Shown one piece after another: positions 43,467-48,051 of a stretch of 48,051 bases of DNA (positions are counted from its first letter, which is position 1; every line of letters begins with the position of its first letter). The translations under genes were made by a program, and so were the position numbers. Source of the stretch: an uncultured Candidatus Saccharibacteria bacterium (GTDB lineage: Bacteria > Patescibacteriota > WWE3 > UBA101185 > UBA10185); contig CAZCAQ010000002.1 of NCBI GenBank assembly GCA_964496905.1, positions 70,147 through 118,197 of the forward strand, given 5' to 3'. A model generated the notes under the pieces. It saw only the letters and a list, made by a program, of their open reading frames with translations, was not told the DNA's origin and searched no databases.

Positions 43467-44315
43467 TTAATAACTATACTCCTGTTTTAATCTTTCACGA
43501 ATAATTTGCGCCATTTCAACAACCTCATCAGCTGAAAAAACTGTGGGTATAAGTCGAATATGCTCTTTCTTAAGCCATTGAATTTTTTCATCGCGTGCCT
43601 TGGGAGAAAGCACTCTTCTTTCATCTCCATCTGTTCTGACAAATAAGTTATCAAGTTTGGAACCTCTTGGTACAACAAAAAACCGTCTAGGACTTGGTAC
43701 AACTACAAGTTCTGATACCGCATCACTAATACCAGACACCTCTGCAAAAGTTTTCTTTTCAAACCCGGGTATATGGTTTCGTTTTTGAGCTTTAACGGCA
43801 TCTAGTATATACCGCATATTGTCCTCAAATGTTTGTATTTGACTAAAGGCACGTTCATCAAGCTTTCCAAGCTTTGCATCTAGAACACCGATAATCTCAC
43901 GCGTTCGTACATTAATCACTGTAAGATCTGGATTACGTAAGCGAGGGCTAAGTCCGTAGCGGTCAGGATATTGAAAAAGCTCCAGTGCTTGTTCAGCAAG
44001 TTCTTGTTGTTCAGGTGTTTTGTTTAACATCATATACACATCAAGTTTCGCCAGATCCTCAAAAAGGATGCCTCGGATATGTTTTTCTTTTTCTTCTTCA
44101 CTAAAGTGTGTAGACCGACCAAAACGTCTATTTTCTTTTATTTTCTCTTGAAAAACTTCATAAATACCGGCAACATACGCATCATCTAGCTTAGAAATTA
44201 CCTCAAGCTGCCTCTCACGAACTTCATCAGCTACTTCAGTCGAACGTGCTAAAACTTCAACAAACTCATCTTTAATTGACTTTACTGTTTCTACTGAAGG
44301 AGCGCCACCATTCAT
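43467..44315 (-). CDS. Hypothetical protein with a possible PD-(D/E)xK nuclease-like motif
   Basis: NPDLTVINVRTREIIGVLDAKLGK, i.e. PD...16 aa...DAK. Its stop lies 2 nt before the SDR start. Confidence 0.35.
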   Translation of the reverse strand: MNGGAPSVETVKSIKDEFVEVLARSTEVADEVRERQLEVISKLDDAYVAGIYEVFQEKIKENRRFGRSTHFSEEEKEKHIRGILFEDLAKLDVYMMLNKTPEQQELAEQALELFQYPDRYGLSPRLRNPDLTVINVRTREIIGVLDAKLGKLDERAFSQIQTFEDNMRYILDAVKAQKRNHIPGFEKKTFAEVSGISDAVSELVVVPSPRRFFVVPRGSKLDNLFVRTDGDERRVLSPKARDEKIQWLKKEHIRLIPTVFSADEVVEMAQIIRERLKQEYSY

Positions 44316-44350
44316 ATACCTTATATTGTATACCGAATTTTAGAGGAATT

Positions 44351-44521
44351 TTAATGCTCTGGATAAACGTCAAGCAATTTTTGCCAAGCTTTATATAAAG
44401 GTTCAATTTCTTGCTGAATTTCTGGAAACATACCAATATCCTTGTAATCGCCCTCCAATTTCTTTTTTGTGACTTCCGTACCTTTTTTGATAGAAATATC
44501 AATATAGTCTATTCCTGTCAT
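44351..44521 (-). CDS. Candidate 56-aa ORF (MTGIDYIDISIKKGTEVTKKKLEGDYKDIGMFPEIQQEIEPLYKAWQKLLDVYPEH)
   Basis: Hand-translated because it falls below the ORF-track length cutoff. It fills the gap upstream of the 282-aa gene on the same strand. Confidence 0.3.
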   Translation of the reverse strand: MTGIDYIDISIKKGTEVTKKKLEGDYKDIGMFPEIQQEIEPLYKAWQKLLDVYPEH

Positions 44522-44558
44522 GTGACTTGCCGAATCTCAGTAGGTTTTTTTAGAATTT

Positions 44559-44654
44559 TTAATGCCAATTTTTCAACTTGGGGTATCTATAGTTTGAATC
44601 CGCTGCTTCGACCGCAGATAAAAGATGTTGATTTGCTACTTCTACTATGTCCAT
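44559..44654 (-). CDS. Candidate leaderless 31-aa ORF (MDIVEVANQHLLSAVEAADSNYRYPKLKNWH)
   Basis: The extended -10 TGtTATAAT at 44669-44661 lies 6 nt upstream of the ATG at 44654. Confidence 0.25.
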   Translation of the reverse strand: MDIVEVANQHLLSAVEAADSNYRYPKLKNWH

Positions 44655-44679
44655 AGGGCAATTATAACAAAGTTATGAA

Positions 44680-44708
44680 TTGACTAAAATGCATGCTTAA
44701 ACTAAAAT
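44680..44708 (+). promoter_or_regulatory. Promoter TTGACT-17 nt-TAAAAT
   Basis: TTGACT at 44680-44685 and TAAAAT at 44703-44708. Confidence 0.5.
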
Positions 44709-44714
44709 ACCAGT

Positions 44715-44778
44715 ATTCTGATGAGAGGACTACCAAAGGGTAAACTTTCGTGTTTCCCGCGGGAATGCCTCTCTTTTA
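44715..44778 (+). ncRNA. Candidate ~60-nt sRNA convergent with the NYN-domain gene
   Basis: The promoter is followed by GAGAGG (44723-44728)...CCTCTC (44768-44773)+TTTT. This stem encloses alternative inner hairpins and a 12-nt GC-rich palindrome, TTCCCGCGGGAA (44754-44765). Confidence 0.35.
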
Positions 44779-44785
44779 TAACCTA

Positions 44786-45262
44786 TCACTTCTCAATTTT
44801 AGCCTTAATCGTAACTAGCGGAACTATGCGAGCAGAAAATCTTTTTAGTAAAGAAGAATATCTAGGATGAGGTGTTAACACTTTTTCCAGCTTACCTCTA
44901 TCCTCCAGGTATTCAATTAGACAATAAAAGTCACCATCTCCTGAAACTATTATTGCTTTATCATAGAATTTGTAGTTTATCATTGCATGTAGAACAAGCT
45001 CTGCGTCAACATTGCCTTTGTATTCAACTTCTCCCTGTTTTTTTATTTCTAAAACTGGTTTATAAATTAATAAATAACCAAACGATTGTAATTGTCTGTA
45101 CAACTTTGTTTTTGAGGGAATATATCCTATAAACAAAAGAGCTTTAGTAACACTGTATTTAGTACGAAGATAATTTCTGAATTTAAGATAATCAATATTT
45201 ATATTGGATTGCTGTGTTCCTTTATGGAGATTTTGACTGTCAATAAATGCGTAATTATTCAT
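44786..45262 (-). CDS. NYN-domain (LabA/DUF88-like, PIN-fold) protein
   Basis: AFIDSQNL near the N-terminus and IIVSGDGDF acidic motifs. Confidence 0.7.
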   Translation of the reverse strand: MNNYAFIDSQNLHKGTQQSNINIDYLKFRNYLRTKYSVTKALLFIGYIPSKTKLYRQLQSFGYLLIYKPVLEIKKQGEVEYKGNVDAELVLHAMINYKFYDKAIIVSGDGDFYCLIEYLEDRGKLEKVLTPHPRYSSLLKRFSARIVPLVTIKAKIEK

Positions 45263-45357
45263 GTTATGTACTAAAATTAATGTGCAGATGTTAACATACT
45301 ACAACGTACATTGCTATATTATATGTACTAGAGTTTCAACTTGTTAAATAACACAAA

Positions 45358-45385
45358 TTGACAAAAACCCTAACAAGAATACAAT
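45358..45385 (+). promoter_or_regulatory. Promoter TTGACA-16 nt-TACAAT of the arsR-type operon
   Basis: TTGACA at 45358-45363 and TACAAT at 45380-45385. The second ATG (45392) is 6 nt downstream. Confidence 0.55.
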
Positions 45386-45391
45386 ATGAAT

Positions 45392-45697
45392 ATGGATTCA
45401 TATAATTGTTGCTCCCCAAATACATCAGATATAAAAAAAGTCGACCAAATAAGTGGTTTATTAAAGCTTTTAGGAGATAAATCACGCCTGCAAATTCTCT
45501 GCATGCTCAGGCAAAACGAGCACTGCGTTTGCGAACTAATGGAACACACAAAGCTTTCGCAAAGTTTAATTTCTCACCACCTTAAAGACCTTAAAGATCA
45601 AAAAATCGTTACTTCCGCCAAAACAGGCTTAAAGGTGTATTACTCGCTCACGCAAAAAGGTGCCAAATACACCGATAGTATATTTAGTTTAGTTTAA
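45392..45697 (+). CDS. arsR: ArsR/SmtB-family metalloregulator (CVC motif retained)
   Basis: LLGDKSRLQILCMLRQNEHCVCELMEHTKLSQSLISHHLKDLKDQKIV. The start is either 45386 or, as favoured by the promoter geometry, 45392. Confidence 0.8.
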   Translation: MDSYNCCSPNTSDIKKVDQISGLLKLLGDKSRLQILCMLRQNEHCVCELMEHTKLSQSLISHHLKDLKDQKIVTSAKTGLKVYYSLTQKGAKYTDSIFSLV

Positions 45698-45705
45698 GGA
45701 GAAAC

Positions 45706-45969
45706 ATGCAAATTCAAGTATTAGGTTCAGGATGTCCAACATGTAAAAGTTTATACGAAAGTGTACAAAAGATTGCGCCACAAATTGATCCATCGGCAAA
45801 AGTTGAGTATATAACTGGCCAAGAAGGTATGAAAAAGATTATCGCGCTTGGTGCCATGCACAGTCCGGTTTTAGTTGTTGATAACAAAGTTGCGATGGTA
45901 GGTTACATTCCCGATCTTGAAAAGATTAAAAACAAAATTCTAGCCGTAGTGTCAGCAGAGCAAAAATAA
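45706..45969 (+). CDS. Small thioredoxin-fold protein (redox-active disulfide protein 2 type)
   Basis: MQIQVLGSGCPTCKSLYE is an N-terminal CxxC in an 87-aa protein, typical of the partner of ArsP-type permeases. Confidence 0.75.
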   Translation: MQIQVLGSGCPTCKSLYESVQKIAPQIDPSAKVEYITGQEGMKKIIALGAMHSPVLVVDNKVAMVGYIPDLEKIKNKILAVVSAEQK

Positions 45970-46943
45970 TGGATATCTTTGGGCCAATTCAGTATTTTGC
46001 CGACTACGTCACTTACACCCTACTTGGGTTAAGTGCAGATTCATATTTAGGCAAAGCCCTTAGCTTTTTTATTTACGACGTTATAAAAATTGGCCTCCTC
46101 ATGCTCGTGATTAATTTTTTTATGGCAATGGTTAGGTACTATTTTCCAGTTGAGCGAACACGCGATTTATTAACAAAACGCAGATGGTTCGGGCTAGATT
46201 ATTTATTTGCAGCACTTTTGGGAGTAATTACGCCTTTTTGTTCCTGCTCATCAATTCCTTTATTTATTGGTTTTGTTAGTGCTGGAATCCCACTTGGAAT
46301 TACTTTTGCCTTTTTAATAAGTTCCCCACTGGTTAACGAAGCTTCGCTTTATTTGTTCCCTGCAATGTTTGGAATTAAATTTACTCTTTTATATAATTTT
46401 TTAGGAATTACGGTTGCAATACTTGGCGGAATGTTAATTCAAAAATTAAAGATGGAAAAGTACATTTTGCCAGAACTTCTTAATTTTAATTCTGCAGCAA
46501 CTTTTGAGCTTGAAACCGAAAAACTGTCTAAAAAGGAACTTGTGCGGTTTTTTTGGGTTGACGGCTTTGCAATAACAAAAAAGATTTTTCCTTACATGGT
46601 GCTAGGAGTTGCAATTGGCGCACTAATTCATGGATTTGTTCCAACAAGCTTTGTTGAGCAAAGACTATCTAGTACCGCATGGTGGTCAGTACCTGTGGCA
46701 GTGCTACTTGGAGCTCCTTTGTATGCAAATTCAATAAGTGTTATTCCAATTATGGAAGCGCTGGTTTATAAAGGCTTACCTGTAGGAACGGTGCTTGCTT
46801 TTATGACGGCAATTGTAACGGTATCAATTCCAGAAGCCCTCATTTTAAAAAATGTTATGCATTGGAAATTACTCGCATTGTTTTTTGGAATTACTTTAAC
46901 TGGGATTGTGATAATGGGGTATGTGTTTAATTTTGTTTATTGA
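45969..46943 (+). CDS. Permease of the PF03773/ArsP-like family
   Basis: 324 aa, multi-pass, with the TPFCSCSSIPLF cysteine motif. Confidence 0.65.
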   Translation: MDIFGPIQYFADYVTYTLLGLSADSYLGKALSFFIYDVIKIGLLMLVINFFMAMVRYYFPVERTRDLLTKRRWFGLDYLFAALLGVITPFCSCSSIPLFIGFVSAGIPLGITFAFLISSPLVNEASLYLFPAMFGIKFTLLYNFLGITVAILGGMLIQKLKMEKYILPELLNFNSAATFELETEKLSKKELVRFFWVDGFAITKKIFPYMVLGVAIGALIHGFVPTSFVEQRLSSTAWWSVPVAVLLGAPLYANSISVIPIMEALVYKGLPVGTVLAFMTAIVTVSIPEALILKNVMHWKLLALFFGITLTGIVIMGYVFNFVY

Positions 46944-47437
46944 GAGTTAGTATCGAAATTCCAGTATACAACCATTGTCGGGGGATCAAAGCTATTATTC
47001 GTGGCTGACTTGTTTGGCACGTACATTTCAGCCAATTTTTTTAGAATCGCACACGATGCGGTATTTGTAGTTTCAGCCTCTCCCTTAATATTTATGCTAT
47101 TAGCTTGAGCATAAGCCATAATATGTTCGGCCAACGCAAAACCAAGACCTTGACCTGTATATTGAGGAAAAATCAAATAGCCTATTTGTTTTGTGTCATC
47201 AGATTTGGAATTAGTTATGTCTCCATAACCGACAATTTTATTTTCAAACTCCAGCACAACACCATACACGGCACTAGTTAGTATTTCAATAATAGTTGAA
47301 GGCGATTGAAGTGCACCATAACGTTCTGTAATTGACGTACGGCCTAGCTCTGTTGAATATAAAATCGTAAGTTCGTTAAAAAGTTTTTCTTTTATTTCAG
47401 GATTATCTTTAATTGATGTAAAAGTTTTTTGAGACAT
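46937..47437 (-). CDS. GNAT-family N-acetyltransferase
   Basis: IFPQYTGQGLGFALAEHIMAYA is motif A, Q/RxxGxG/A. Confidence 0.7.
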   Translation of the reverse strand: MSQKTFTSIKDNPEIKEKLFNELTILYSTELGRTSITERYGALQSPSTIIEILTSAVYGVVLEFENKIVGYGDITNSKSDDTKQIGYLIFPQYTGQGLGFALAEHIMAYAQANSINIKGEAETTNTASCAILKKLAEMYVPNKSATNNSFDPPTMVVYWNFDTNSQ

Positions 47438-47451
47438 TTGATCAAGAGCAA

Positions 47452-48048
47452 TTAAAACGAACCGGTTTTTACATCCCCTGCTCTTTTATAGTTAGCAAAA
47501 ATCACGCCCAAGGGGGATGCTTGACAGTCAGTTAATTCAAATGCTGCAGGAATAGTTCCTTCGCCAAAAAGCCTTTTTCCACTACCAAGCGTGACTGGAA
47601 AGATTTTTAGCCAAAATTCATCAACAAGATCATACTTCATTAAAGTTTGAACCAGAACACCACTTCCGTGGACTTGTAAATCCGTTCCGTTGTGCGTTTT
47701 GAGTTCTCTTATTTTTTCAGCTACTTCGCCACCAATAAAAGTGGAATTTTCCCATTCGTGCTTAGTTAGCGTATTTGAAGCTACATGTTTTGTCATTTTA
47801 TTAATAGTTGGCCATTCTTCTGTGTGAGCTGGCCAATAAGAAGCGAAAATATCAAAGGTTTTGCGTCCAAGTAGCAGGTCGTAGTCACCGCTCATTTGCT
47901 TTTCCATAATTTTACCTGCAAATTCGTCAAAATATGGAACGGTCCAGCCGCCAAGTTTAAAGTTTCCAGAGGTGTCTTCGTCGGGTCCGCCTGGTGCTTG
48001 CATTACGCCGTCTAGCGAGATGAATGTGAGTACGATTATTTTGCGCAT
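47452..48048 (-). CDS. Dihydrofolate-reductase-like (RibD C-terminal domain) family protein
   Basis: MRKIIVLTFISLDGVMQAPGGPDED...LLLGRKTFDIF...LQVHGSGVLVQTL. Confidence 0.75.
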   Translation of the reverse strand: MRKIIVLTFISLDGVMQAPGGPDEDTSGNFKLGGWTVPYFDEFAGKIMEKQMSGDYDLLLGRKTFDIFASYWPAHTEEWPTINKMTKHVASNTLTKHEWENSTFIGGEVAEKIRELKTHNGTDLQVHGSGVLVQTLMKYDLVDEFWLKIFPVTLGSGKRLFGEGTIPAAFELTDCQASPLGVIFANYKRAGDVKTGSF

Positions 48049-48051
48049 GGT

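Noticed and set aside
44718-44725. CTGATGAG, the hammerhead ribozyme core motif
   Set aside because: No GAAA element is present on the same strand, and there is no helix I/III arrangement around a cleavage-site UH. Only the closing stem of a simple hairpin follows.
1-48051. CRISPR arrays, IS elements/transposases, integrases, prophage structural genes, rRNA/tRNA genes, and an alternative genetic code (UGA recoding)
   Set aside because: I saw no regularly spaced short direct repeats. I saw no DDE, serine or tyrosine recombinase-like ORFs and no cloverleaf candidates. Conserved genes terminate normally, including at TGA (for example the S51 peptidase gene), so there is no evidence for stop-codon reassignment.

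Overview
AT-rich (roughly mid-30s % GC by eye), very gene-dense bacterial chromosome segment. It holds about 58 protein-coding genes read with the standard code. I found no rRNA, tRNA, CRISPR array, transposase or integrase. Housekeeping anchors are the lysS 5' part, greA, a YbaK-type deacylase, mscL, a DEAD-box helicase and typA/bipA. Between them lie many small membrane-anchored or secreted hypothetical proteins, hydrolases, methyltransferases, Nudix, GNAT and VOC enzymes, a thiol-redox module and an arsR-type operon. This fits a small-genome, surface-protein-rich lineage; Patescibacteria/CPR-like is only a guess. Main observations: (1) An ~0.6-kb ORF-poor, GC-enriched locus at 38.1-38.9 kb has many tetraloops and its own consensus promoter; it is a candidate large structured ncRNA that I could not assign to a known class. 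(2) A promoter, a three-way-junction RNA and a terminator sit upstream of a GNAT gene with foreign base composition (37.1-37.5 kb). (3) About 20 transcription units carry a -10 box 5-9 nt upstream of the ATG, which implies leaderless mRNAs and revises several ORF-track starts. Three consensus promoters with no adjacent ATG therefore stand out as RNA genes or leaders (8152, 38170, 44680). (4) A two-gene operon pairs a protein resembling the phage thymidine-hypermodification family (aGPT-pyrophosphorylase / 5-hmdU-kinase-associated) with a SAM methyltransferase. (5) Also present: a DHH/NrnA-like gene split by a frameshift at an A9 run, a ~290-bp internal duplication leaving a peptidase-E gene relic, tandem 798-aa beta-helix surface paralogs with divergent C-terminal modules, and a VWC-like Cys-rich mini-protein. 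All family calls come from motif recognition by eye. No database search was run.
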